Shown here: positions 33,901 to 45,900 of the stretch, piece after piece
How the letters are laid out: every line of letters starts with the position of its first letter
How positions within the stretch are numbered: position 1 is the stretch's first letter
From: Eledone cirrhosa
Taxonomy: Eukaryota
Length of the DNA stretch: 64,000 nt
Direction: 5' to 3'
NCBI GenBank assembly: GCA_964016885.1
Contig: OZ024742.1
Span: 185,256,001-185,320,000 of the forward strand
The notes under the pieces: model-generated
Databases searched by the model: none
What the model was told of the DNA's origin: nothing
Seen by the model: the letters and a program-made list of their open reading frames with translations, nothing else
Made by a program: the position numbers and the translations under genes

Positions 33901-36900
33901 TTGGGGCTAAGTTAAGTTGGGGCTAAGTTAAGTTGGGGCTAAGTTAAGTTGGGGTTAAGTTAAGGTGGGGTTTAGTTAAGTTGGGGTTGAGTTAAGTTGG
34001 GGTTGAGTTAAGTTGGGGTTAAGTTAAGTTGGGGTTAAGTTAAGTTAGGGTTAACTTAAGTTGGGGTTAAGTTAAGTTGGGGTTGAGTTAAGTTGGGGTT
34101 TAATTAAGTTGGGGTTGAGTTAAGTTGGGGTTGAGTTAAGTTGGGCTTATCTTAAGTTGGGGTTAATTTAAGATGGGGTTAAGTTAAGTTGGGGTTAAGT
34201 TAATTTGGGGTTAAGTTAAGTTGGGGTTAAGTTAAGTTGGGGTTATGTTAAGTTGGGGTTAAGTTAAGTTGAGGTTAACTTAAGTTGGGGTTAAGTTAAG
34301 TTGGGGTTAAGTTAAGTTGGGGCTAAGTTAAGTTGGGGCTAAGTTAAGTTGGGGTTAAGTTAAGTTGGGGTTAAGTTAAGTTGGTGTCAACGTAAGTTGG
34401 GGTTAAGTTAAGTTGGGGTTAAGTTAATTTGGGGGTAAGTTAAGTTGGGGTTAAGTTAAGTTGGGGTTAAGTTAAGTTGGGGTTAAGTTAAGTTGGGGCT
34501 GAGTTAAGTTGGGGCTGTGTTAAGTTGGGGTTAAGTTAAGTTGGGGTTAAGTTGGGGTTAAATTAAGTTGGGGTTAATTTAAGTTGGGGTTAAGTTAAGT
34601 TGGATTTAGGTTAAGTTGGGGTTGAGTTAAGTTGGGGTTAAGTTAAGTTGGGGTTAATTTAAGTTGGGGTTAAGTTAAGTTGGGGCTGAGTTAAGTTGGG
34701 GTTAAGTTAAGTTGGGGTTGAGTTAAGTTGGGGTTAAGTTAAGTTGGGGTTAAGTTAAGTCGGGGTTAAGTTAAGTTGGGGTTAAGTTAAGTTGGGGTTA
34801 AGTTAAGTTGGGTTTAAGATAAGTTGGGGTTAAGTTGGGGTTGAGTTAAGTTGGGGTTGAGTTAATTTGGGGTTAAGTTAAGTTGGGGTTAACTTAAGTT
34901 GGGGTTCAGTTAAGTTGGCGTTCAGTTAAGTTGCGGTGAAGTTAAGTTGGGGTTAACTTAAGTCGGGGTTAAGTTAAGTTGGGGTTAAGTTAAGTTGGGG
35001 TCAAGTTAAGTTGGGGTTAAGTTAAGTTGGGGTTATGTTAAGTTGGGGTTAAGTTAAGTTGGGGTTAAGTTAAGTCGGGGTTAAGTTAAGTTGGGGTTAA
35101 GTTAATTGGGGTTAAGTTAAGTTGGGGTCAAGTTAAGTTGGGGTTAAGTTAAGTTAGGGTTAAGTTAAGCTTGGGTTAAATTAAGTTGGGGTTGAGTTAA
35201 TTTGGGGTTGAGTTAAGTTGGGGTTGAGTTAAGTTGGGGTTGAGTTAAGTTGGGGTTAAGTTAAGTTGGGGTTAACTTAAGTTGGGGTTAAGTTAAGTTG
35301 GGGTCAATTTAAGTTGAGGTTAAGTTAACTTGGGATTAAGTTAAGTTGGGGTTAACTTAAATTGAGGTTAAGTTAAGTTGGGGTTAAGTTAAGTTGGGGG
35401 TAAGTTAAGTTGGGGGTAAGTTAAGTTTGGGTTAAGTTGGGGTTAAGTTAAGTTAGGGTTAAGTTACGTTGGGGTTGAGTTAAGTTGGGGTTAATTTAAA
35501 TTGGGGTTAAGTTAACTTTGTGGTTAAGTTAAGTTGGGGTTAAGTTAAGTTGAGGTTAAGTTAATTTGAGGTTAAGTTAAGTTGGGGTTAAGTTAAGTTG
35601 GGGTTAAATTAAGCTGGGTTGAAGTTAAGTTGGGGTTAAGTTAAGTTGGGGTTAAGTTAAGTTGGGGTTGAGTTAAGTTGGGGTTAAGTTAAGTTGGGTT
35701 TAAGTTAAGTTGGGGTTAAGTTAAGTTGGGGTTAAGTTAAGGTGGGGTTAAGTTAAGTTGGGGTTAAGTTAAGTCGGGGTTAAGTTAAGTTGGGGTTAAG
35801 TTAAGTTGGGGTTAAATTAAGTTGGGGTTACGTTAAGTTGGGGTTAAGATAAGTTGGGGTTAAGTTAAGTTGGGGTTGAGTTAAGTTGGGGTTCAGTTAA
35901 GTTGGCGTTCAGTTAAGTTGGGGTTAAGTTAAGTTGGGGTTAACTTAAGTCGGGGCTAAGTTAAGTTGGGGTTAAGTTAAGTTGGGGTCAAGTTAAGTTG
36001 GGGTTAAGTTAAGTTGGGGTTAAGTTAAGTTGGGGTTAAGTTAAGTCGGGGTTAAGTTAAGTTGGGGTTAAGTTAAGTAGGGGTTAAGTTAAGTTGGGGT
36101 CAAGTTAAGTTGGGGTTAAGTTAAGTTGGGGTTAAGTTAAGTTGGGGTTAAGTTAAGTCGCGGTTAGTTAAGTTGGGGTTAAGTTAAGATGGGGTTAAGT
36201 TAAGTTGTGGTTAAGTTAAGTTGGGGTTAAGATAAGTTGGGGTTAAGTTAAGTTGCGGTTGAGTTAAGTTAGGGTTGAGTTAATTGGGGTTAAGTTAAGT
36301 TGGGGCTAAGTTAAGTTGGGGCTAAGTTAAGTTGGGGCTAAGTTAAGTTGGGGTTAAGTTAAGGTGGGGTTTAGTTAAGTTGGGGTTGAGTTAAGTTGGG
36401 GTTGAGTTAAGTTGGGGTTAAGTTAAGTTGGGGTTAAGTTAAGTTAGGGTGAACTTAAGTTGGGGTTAAGTTAAGTTTAGGTTAACTTAAGTTGGGGTTA
36501 AGTTAATTTGGGGTTAAGTTAAGTTGGGGCTAAGTTAAGTTGGGGCTAAGTTAAGTTGGGGCTAAGTTAAGTTGGGGTTAAGTTAAGGTGGGGTTTAGTT
36601 AAGTTGGGGTTGAGTTAAGTTGGGGTTGAGTTAAGTTGGGGTTAAGTTAAGTTGGGGTTAAGTTAAGTTAGGGTTAACTTAAGTTGGGGTTAAGTTAAGT
36701 TGGGGTTGAGTTAAGTTGGGGTTTAATTAAGTTGGGGTTGAGTTAAGTTGGGGTTGAGTTAAGTTGGGCTTGAGTTAAGTTGGGGTTGAGTTAAGTTGGG
36801 CTTATCTTAAGTTGGGGTTAATTTAAGATGGGGTTAAGTTAAGTTGGGGTTAAGTTAATTTGGGGTTAAGTTAAGTTGGGGTTAAGTTAAGTTGGGGTTA

Positions 36901-39900
36901 TGTTAAGTTGGGGTTAAGTTAAGTTGAGGTTAACTTAAGTTGGGGTTAAGTTAAGTTGGGGTTAAGTTAAGTTGGGGCTAAGTTAAGTTGGGGCTAAGTT
37001 AAGTTGGGGTTAAGTTAAGTTGGGGTTAAGTTAAGTTGGGGTCAACTTAAGTTGGGGCTAAGTTAAGTTGGGGTTAAGTTAAGTTGGGGCTAAGTTAAGT
37101 TGGAGTTAAGTTAAGTTGGGGTTAAATTAAGTTGGGGTCAACGTAAGTTGGGGTTAAGTTAAGTTGGGGTTAAGTTAATTTGGGGGTAAGTTAAGTTGGG
37201 GTTAAGTTAAGTTGGGGTTAAGTTAAGTTGGGGTTAAGTTAAGTTGGGGCTGAGTTAAATTGGGGCTGTGTTAAGTTGGGGTTAAGTTAAGTTGGGGTTA
37301 AGTTAAGTTGGGGTTAAGTTAAGTTGGGGTTAAGTTGGGGTTAAATTAAGTTGGGGTTAATTTAAGTTGGGGTTAAGTTAAGTTGGGTTTAGGTTAAGTT
37401 GGGGTTGAGTTAAGTTGGGGTTAAGTTAAGTTGGGGTTAATTTAAGTTGGGGTTAAGTTAAGTTGGGGCTGAGTTAAGTTGGGGTTAAGTTAAGTTGGGG
37501 TTGAGTTAAGTTGGGGTTAAGTTAAGTTGGGGTTAAGTTAAGTCGGGGTTAAGTTAAGTTGGGGTTAAGTTAAGTTGGGGTTCAGTTAAGTTGCGGTGAA
37601 GTTAAGTTGGGGTTAACTTAAGTCGGGGTTAAGTTAAGTTTGGGTTAAGTTAAGTTGGGGTCAAGTTAAGTTGGGGTTAAGTTAAGTTGGGGTTATGTTA
37701 AGTTGGGGTTAAGTTAAGTTGGGGTTAAGTTAAGTCGGGGTTAAGTTAAGTTGGGGTTAAGTTAAGTTGGGGTTAAGTTAAGTTGGGGTCAAGTTAAGTT
37801 GGGGTTAAGTTAAGTTGGGGTTAAGTTAAGTCGCGGTTAAGTTAAGTTGGAGTTAAGTTAAGATGGGGTTAAGTTAAGTTGGGGTTAAGTTAAGTTGGGG
37901 TTAAGATAAGTTGGGGTTAAGTTAAGTTGGGGTTGAGTTAAGTTGGGGTTGAGTTAATTGGGGTTAAGTTAAGTTGGGGTTAACTTAAGTTGGGTTTAAG
38001 TTAAGTTGGGGTTAAGTTAAGTTGGGGTTAAATTAAGTTGGGGTTAAGATAAGTTGGGGTTAAGTTAAGTCGGGGTTAAGTTAAGTCGGGGTTAAGTTAA
38101 GTTGGGGTTAAGTTAACTTGGTGTTAAGTTAAGTTGGGGCTCAGTTAAGTTGGGGTTGAGTTAAGTTGGGGTCAAGTTAAGTTGGGACTAAGCTAAGTTG
38201 GGGTTAAGTTAAGTTGGGGTTAAGTTAAGTTGGCGCTAAGTTTAGTGAAGGTTAAGTTAAGTTGGAGTTGAGTTAAGTTGGGGTTAAGTTAAGTTGGGGT
38301 TAAGTTAAGTTAGGGTTAAGTTAAGCTTGGGTTAAGTTAAGTTGGGGTTGAGTTAATTTGGGGTTGAGTTAAGTTGGGGTTGAGTTAAGTTGGGGTTGAG
38401 TTAAGTTGGGGTTAAGTTAAGTTGGGGTTAACTTAAGTTTGGGTTAAGTTAAGTTGGGGTCAATTTAAGTTGAGGTTAAGTTAACTTGGGATTAAGTTAA
38501 GTTGGGGTTAACTTAAATTGAGGTTAAGTTAAGTTGGGGTTAAGTTAAGTTGGGGGTAAGTTAAGTTGGGTGTAAGTTAAGTTTGGGTTAAGTTGGGGTT
38601 AAGTTAAGTTAGGGTTAAGTTACGTTGGGGTTGAGTTAAGTTGGGGTTAATTTAAATTGGGGTTAAGTTAACTTTGTGGTTCAGTTAAGTTGGGGTTAAG
38701 TTAAGTTGGGGTTAAGTTAAGTTAGGGTTAACTTAAGTTGGGGTTAAGTTAAGTTGGGGTTGAGTTAAGTTGGGGTTTAATTAAGTTGGGGTTGAGTTAA
38801 GTTGGGGTTGAGTTAAGTTGGGCTTGAGTTAAGTTGGGGTTGAGTTAAGTTGGGCTTATCTTAAGTTGGGGTTAATTTAAGATGGGGTTAAGTTAAGTTG
38901 GGGTTAAGTTAATTTGGGGTTAAGTTAAGTTGGGGTTAAGTTAAGTTGGGGTTATGTTAAGTTGGGGTTAAGTTAAGTTGAGGTTAACTTAAGTTGGGGT
39001 TAAGTTAAGTTGGGGTTAAGTTAAGTTGGGGCTAAGTTAAGTTGGGGCTAAGTTAAGTTGGGGTTAAGTTAAGTTGGGGTTAAGTTAAGTTGGGGTCAAC
39101 TTAAGTTGGGGCTAAGTTAAGTTGGGGTTAAGTTAAGTTGGGGCTAAGTTAAGTTGGAGTTAAGTTAAGTTGGGGTTAAATTAAGTTGGGGTCAACGTAA
39201 GTTGGGGTTAAGTTAAGTTGGGGTTAAGTTAATTTGGGGTTAAGTTAAGTTGGGGTTAACTTAAGTTGGGGTTTAGTTAAGTTGGCGTTCAGTTAAGTTG
39301 CGGTGAAGTTAAGTTGGGGTTAACTTAAGTCGGGGTTAAGTTAAGTTGGGGTTAAGTTAAGTTGGGGTCAAGTTAAGTTGGGGTTAAGTTAAGTTGGGGT
39401 TATGTTAAGTTGGGGTTAAGTTAAGATGGGGTTAAGTTAAGTCGGGGTTAAGTTAAGTTGGGGTTAAGTTAAGTTGGGGTTAAGTTAAGTTGGGGTCAAG
39501 TTAAGTTGGGGTTAAGTTAAGTTGGGGTTAAGTTAAGTCGCGGTTAAGTTAAGTTGGGGTTAAGTTAAGATGGGGTTAAGTTAAGTTGGGGTTAAGTTAA
39601 GTTGGGGTTAAGATAAGTTGGGGTTAAGTTAAGTTGGGGTTGAGTTAAGTTGGGGTTGAGTTAATTGGGGTTAAGTTAAGTTGGGGTTAACTTAAGTTGG
39701 GTTTAAGTTAAGTTGGGGTTAAGTTAAGTTGGGGTTAAATTAAGTTGGGGTTAAGATAAGTTGGGGTTAAGTTAAGTCGGGGTTAAGTTAAGTCGGGGTT
39801 AAGTTAAGTTGGGGTTAAGTTAACTTGGTGTTAAGTTAAGTTGGGGCTCAGTTAAGTTGGGGTTGAGTTAAGTTGGGGTCAAGTTAAGTTGGGACCAAGC

Positions 39901-42900
39901 TAAGTTGGGGTTAAGTTAAGTTGGGGTTAAGTTAAGTTGGCGCTAAGTTAAGTGAAGGTTAAGTTAAGTTGGGGTTGAGTTAAGTTGCGGTTAATTTAAG
40001 TTGGGGTTGAGTTAAGTTGGGGTTGAGTTAAGTTGGGGTTGAGTTAAGTTGGGGTTACGTTAAGTTGGGGTTAAGTTAAGTTGGGGTTAAGTTAAGTTTA
40101 GGTTAACTTAAGTTGGGGTTAAGTTAAGTTGGGGTTAAGTTAAGTTGGGGCTAAGTTAAGTTGGGGCTAAGTTAAGTTGGGGCTAAGTTAAGTTGGGGTT
40201 AAGTTAAGGTGGGGTTTAGTTAAGTTGGGGTTGAGTTAAGTTGGGGTTGAGTTAAGTTGGGGTTAAGTTAAGTTGGGGTTAAGTTAAGTTAGGGTTAACT
40301 TAAGTTGGGGTTAAGTTAAGTTGGGGTTGAGTTAAGTTGGGGTTTAATTAAGTTGGGGTTGAGTTAAGTTGGGGTTGAGTTAAGTTGGGCTTGAGTTAAG
40401 TTGGGGTTGAGTTAAGTTGGGCTTATCTTAAGTTGGGGTTAATTTAAGATGGGGTTAAGTTAAGTTGGGGTTAAGTTAATTTGGGGTTAAGTTAAGTTGG
40501 GGTTAAGTTAAGTTGGGGTTATGTTAAGTTGGGGTTAAGTTAAGTTGAGGTTAACTTAAGTTGGGGTTAAGTTAAGTTGGGGTTAAGTTAAGTTGGGGCT
40601 AAGTTAAGTTGGGGCTAAGTTAAGTTGGGGTTAAGTTAAGTTGGGGTTAAGTTAAGTTGGTGTCAACGTAAGTTGGGGTTAAGTTAAGTTGGGGTTAAGT
40701 TAATTTGGGGGTAAGTTAAGTTGGGGTTAAGTTAAGTTGGGGTTAAGTTAAGTTGGGGTTAAGTTAAGTTGGGGCTGAGTTAAGTTGGGGCTGTGTTAAG
40801 TTGGGGTTAAGTTAAGTTGGGGTTAAGTTGGGGTTAAATTAAGTTGGGGTTAATTTAAGTTGGGGTTAAGTTAAGTTGGATTTAGGTTAAGTTGGGGTTG
40901 AGTTAAGTTGGGGTTAAGTTAAGTTGGGGTTAATTTAAGTTGGGGTTAAGTTAAGTTGGGGCTGAGTTAAGTTGGGGTTAAGTTAAGTTGGGGTTGAGTT
41001 AAGTTGGGGTTAAGTTAAGTTGGGGTTAAGTTAAGTCGGGGTTAAGTTAAGTTGGGGTTAAGTTAAGTTGGGGTTAAGTTAAGTTGGGTTTAAGATAAGT
41101 TGGGGTTAAGTTAAGTTGGGGTTAACTTAAGTTGGGGTTCAGTTAAGTTGGCGTTCAGTTAAGTTGCGGTGAAGTTAAGTTGGGGTTAACTTAAGTCGGG
41201 GTTAAGTTAAGTTGGGGTTAAGTTAAGTTGGGGTCAAGTTAAGTTGGGGTTAAGTTAAGTTGGGGTTATGTTAAGTTGGGGTTAAGTTAAGTTGGGGTTA
41301 AGTTAAGTCGGGGTTAAGTTAAGTTGGGGTTAAGTTAATTGGGGTTAAGTTAAGTTGGGGTCAAGTTAAGTTGGGGTTAAGTTAAGTTAGGGTTAAGTTA
41401 AGCTTGGGTTAAATTAAGTTGGGGTTGAGTTAATTTGGGGTTGAGTTAAGTTGGGGTTGAGTTAAGTTGGGGTTGAGTTAAGTTGGGGTTAAGTTAAGTT
41501 GGGGTTAACTTAAGTTGGGGTTAAGTTAAGTTGGGGTCAATTTAAGTTGAGGTTAAGTTAACTTGGGATTAAGTTAAGTTGGGGTTAACTTAAATTGAGG
41601 TTAAGTTAAGTTGGGGTTAAGTTAAGTTGGGGGGTAAGTTAAGTTGGGGGTAAGTTAAGTTTGGGTTAAGTTGGGGTTAAGTTAAGTTAGGGTTAAGTTA
41701 CGTTGGGGTTGAGTTAAGTTGGGGTTAATTTAAATTGGGGTTAAGTTAACTTTGTGGTTAAGTTAAGTTGGGGTTAAGTTAAGTTGAGGTTAAGTTAATT
41801 TGAGGTTAAGTTAAGTTGGGGTTAAGTTAAGTTGGGGTTAAATTAAGCTGGGTTGAAGTTAAGTTGGGGTTAAGTTAAGTTGGGTTTAAGTTAAGTTGGG
41901 GTTAAGTTAAGTTGGGGTTAAGTTAAGGTGGGGTTAAGTTAAGTTGGGGTTAAGTTAAGTCGGGGTTAAGTAAAGTTGGGGTTAAGTTAAGTTGGGGTTA
42001 AATTAAGTTGGGGTTACGTTAAGTTGGGGTTAAGATAAGTTGGGGTTAAGTTAAGTTGGGGTTGAGTTAAGTTGGGGTTCAGTTAAGTTGGCGTTCAGTT
42101 AAGTAGGGGTTAAGTTAAGTTGGGGTTAACTTAAGTCGGGGCTAAGTTAAGTTGGGGTTAAGTTAAGTTGGGGTCAAGTTAAGTTGGGGTTAAGTTAAGT
42201 TGGGGTTAAGTTAAGTTGGGGTTAAGTTAAGTCGGGGTTAAGTTAAGTTGGGGTTAAGTTAAGTAGGGGTTAAGTTAAGTTGGGGTCAAGTTAAGTTGGG
42301 GTTAAGTTAAGTTGGGGTTAAGTTAAGTTGGGGTTAAGTTAAGTCGCGGTTAGTTAAGTTGGGGTTAAGTTAAGATGGGGTTAAGTTAAGTTGTGGTTAA
42401 GTTAAGTTGGGGTTAAGATAAGTTGGGGTTAAGTTAAGTTGCGGTTGAGTTAAGTTAGGGTTGAGTTAATTGGGGTTAAGTTAAGTTGGGGCTAAGTTAA
42501 GTTGGGGCTAAGTTAAGTTGGGGCTAAGTTAAGTTGGGGTTAAGTTAAGGTGGGGTTTAGTTAAGTTGGGGTTGAGTTAAGTTGGGGTTGAGTTAAGTTG
42601 GGGTTAAGTTAAGTTGGGGTTAAGTTAAGTTAGGGTTAACTTAAGTTGGGGTTAAGTTAAGTTTAGGTTAACTTAAGTTGGGGTTAAGTTAATTTGGGGT
42701 TAAGTTAAGTTGGGGCTAAGTTAAGTTGGGGCTAAGTTAAGTTGGGGCTAAGTTAAGTTGGGGTTAAGTTAAGGTGGGGTTTAGTTAAGTTGGGGTTGAG
42801 TTAAGTTGGGGTTGAGTTAAGTTGGGGTTAAGTTAAGTTGGGGTTAAGTTAAGTTAGGGTTAACTTAAGTTGGGGTTAAGTTAAGTTGGGGTTGAGTTAA

Positions 42901-45900
42901 GTTGGGGTTTAATTAAGTTGGGGTTGAGTTAAGTTGGGGTTGAGTTAAGTTGGGCTTGAGTTAAGTTGGGGTTGAGTTAAGTTGGGCTTATCTTAAGTTG
43001 GGGTTAATTTAAGATGGGGTTAAGTTAAGTTGGGGTTAAGTTAATTTGGGGTTAAGTTAAGTTGGGGTTAAGTTAAGTTGGGGTTATGTTAAGTTGGGGT
43101 TAAGTTAAGTTGAGGTTAACTTAAGTTGGGGTTAAGTTAAGTTGGGGTTAAGTTAAGTTGGGGCTAAGTTAAGTTGGGGCTAAGTTAAGTTGGGGTTAAG
43201 TTAAGTTGGGGTTAAGTTAAGTTGGGGTCAACGTAAGTTGGGGTTAAGTTAATTTGGGGGTAAGTTAAGTTGGGGTTAAGTTAAGTTGGGGTTAAGTTAA
43301 GTTGGGGTTGAGTTAAGTTGGGGTTAAGTTAAGTTGGGGTTAAGTTAAGTCGGGGTTAAGTTAAGTTGGGGTTAAGTTAAGTTGGGGTTAAGTTAAGTTG
43401 GGTTTAAGATAAGTTGGGGTTAAGTTGGGGTTGAGTTAAGTTGGGGTTGAGTTAATTTGGGGTTAAGTTAAGTTGGGGTTAACTTAAGTTGGGGTTCAGT
43501 TAAGTTGGCGTTCAGTTAAGTTGCGGTGAAGTTAAGTTGGGGTTAACTTAAGTCGGGGTTAAGTTAAGTTGGGGTTAAGTTAAGTTGGGGTCAAGTTAAG
43601 TTGGGGTTAAGTTAAGTTGGGGTTATGTTAAGTTGGGGTTAAGTTAAGTTGGGGTTAAGTTAAGTCGGGGTTAAGTTAAGTTGGGGTTAAGTTAATTGGG
43701 GTTAAGTTAAGTTGGGGTCAAGTTAAGTTGGGGTTAAGTTAAGTTAGGGTTAAGTTAAGCTTGGGTTAAATTAAGTTGGGGTTGAGTTAATTTGGGGTTG
43801 AGTTAAGTTGGGGTTGAGTTAAGTTGGGGTTGAGTAAAGTTGGGGTTAAGTTAAGTTGGGGTTAAGTTAAGTTGGGGTAAAGTTAAGTTGGGGCTGAGTT
43901 AAATTGGGGCTGTGTTAAGTTGGGGTTAAGTTAAGTTGGGGTTAAGTTAAGTTGGGGTTAAGTTAAGTTGGGGTTAAGTTGGGGTTAAATTAAGTTGGGG
44001 TTAATTTAAGTTGGGGTTAAGTTAAGTTGGGTTTAGGTTAAGTTGGGGTTGAGTTAAGTTGGGGTTAAGTTAAGTTGGGGTTAATTTAAGTTGGGGTTAA
44101 GTTAAGTTGGGGCTGAGTTAAGTTGGGGTTAAGTTAAGTTGGGGTTGAGTTAAGTTGGGGTTAAGTTAAGTTGGGGTTAAGTTAAGTCGGGGTTAAGTTA
44201 AGTTGGGGTTAAGTTAAGTTGGGGTTCAGTTAAGTTGCGGTGAAGTTAAGTTGGGGTTAACTTAAGTCGGGGTTAAGTTAAGTTTGGGTTAAGTTAAGTT
44301 GGGGTCAAGTTAAGTTGGGGTTAAGTTAAGTTGGGGTTATGTTAAGTTGGGGTTAAGTTAAGTTGGGGTTAAGTTAAGTCGGGGTTAAGTTAAGTTGGGG
44401 TTAAGTTAAGTTGGGGTTAAGTTAAGTTGGGGTCAAGTTAAGTTGGGGTTAAGTTAAGTTGGGGTTAAGTTAAGTCGCGGTTAAGTTAAGTTGGAGTTAA
44501 GTTAAGATGGGGTTAAGTTAAGTTGGGGTTAAGTTAAGTTGGGGTTAAGATAAGTTGGGGTTAAGTTAAGTTGGGGTTGAGTTAAGTTGGGGTTGAGTTA
44601 ATTGGGGTTAAGTTAAGTTGGGGTTAACTTAAGTTGGGTTTAAGTTAAGTTGGGGTTAAGTTAAGTTGGGGTTAAATTAAGTTGGGGTTAAGATAAGTTG
44701 GGGTTAAGTTAAGTCGGGGTTAAGTTAAGTCGGGGTTAAGTTAAGTTGGGGTTAAGTTAACTTGGTGTTAAGTTAAGTTGGGGCTCAGTTAAGTTGGGGT
44801 TGAGTTAAGTTGGGGTCAAGTTAAGTTGGGACTAAGCTAAGTTGGGGTTAAGTTAAGTTGGGGTTAAGTTAAGTTGGCGCTAAGTTTAGTGAAGGTTAAG
44901 TTAAGTTGGAGTTGAGTTAAGTTGGGGTTAAGTTAAGTTGGGGTTAAGTTAAGTTAGGGTTAAGTTAAGCTTGGGTTAAGTTAAGTTGGGGTTGAGTTAA
45001 TTTGGGGTTGAGTTAAGTTGGGGTTGAGTTAAGTTGGGGTTGAGTTAAGTTGGGGTTAAGTTAAGTTGGGGTTAACTTAAGTTGGGGTTAAGTTAAGTTG
45101 GGGTCAATTTAAGTTGAGGTTAAGTTAACTTGGGATTAAGTTAAGTTGGGGTTAACTTAAATTGAGGTTAAGTTAAGTTGGGGTTAAGTTAAGTTGGGGG
45201 TAAGTTAAGTTGGGGGTAAGTTAAGTTTGGGTTAAGTTGGGGTTAAGTTAAGTTAGGGTTAAGTTACGTTGGGGTTGAGTTAAGTTGGGGTTAATTTAAA
45301 TTGGGGTTAAGTTAACTTTGTGGTTCAGTTAAGTTGGGGTTAAGTTAAGTTGGGGTTAAGTTAAGTTAGGGTTAACTTAAGTTGGGGTTAAGTTAAGTTG
45401 GGGTTGAGTTAAGTTGGGGTTTAATTAAGTTGGGGTTGAGTTAAGTTGGGGTTGAGTTAAGTTGGGCTTGAGTTAAGTTGGGGTTGAGTTAAGTTGGGCT
45501 TATCTTAAGTTGGGGTTAATTTAAGATGGGGTTAAGTTAAGTTGGGGTTAAGTTAATTTGGGGTTAAGTTAAGTTGGGGTTAAGTTAAGTTGGGGTTATG
45601 TTAAGTTGGGGTTAAGTTAAGTTGAGGTTAACTTAAGTTGGGGTTAAGTTAAGTTGGGGTTAAGTTAAGTTGGGGCTAAGTTAAGTTGGGGCTAAGTTAA
45701 GTTGGGGTTAAGTTAAGTTGGGGTTAAGTTAAGTTGGGGTCAACTTAAGTTGGGGCTAAGTTAAGTTGGGGTTAAGTTAAGTTGGGGCTAAGTTAAGTTG
45801 GAGTTAAGTTAAGTTGGGGTTAAATTAAGTTGGGGTCAACGTAAGTTGGGGTTAAGTTAAGTTGGGGTTAAGTTAATTTGGGGTTAAGTTAAGTTGGGGT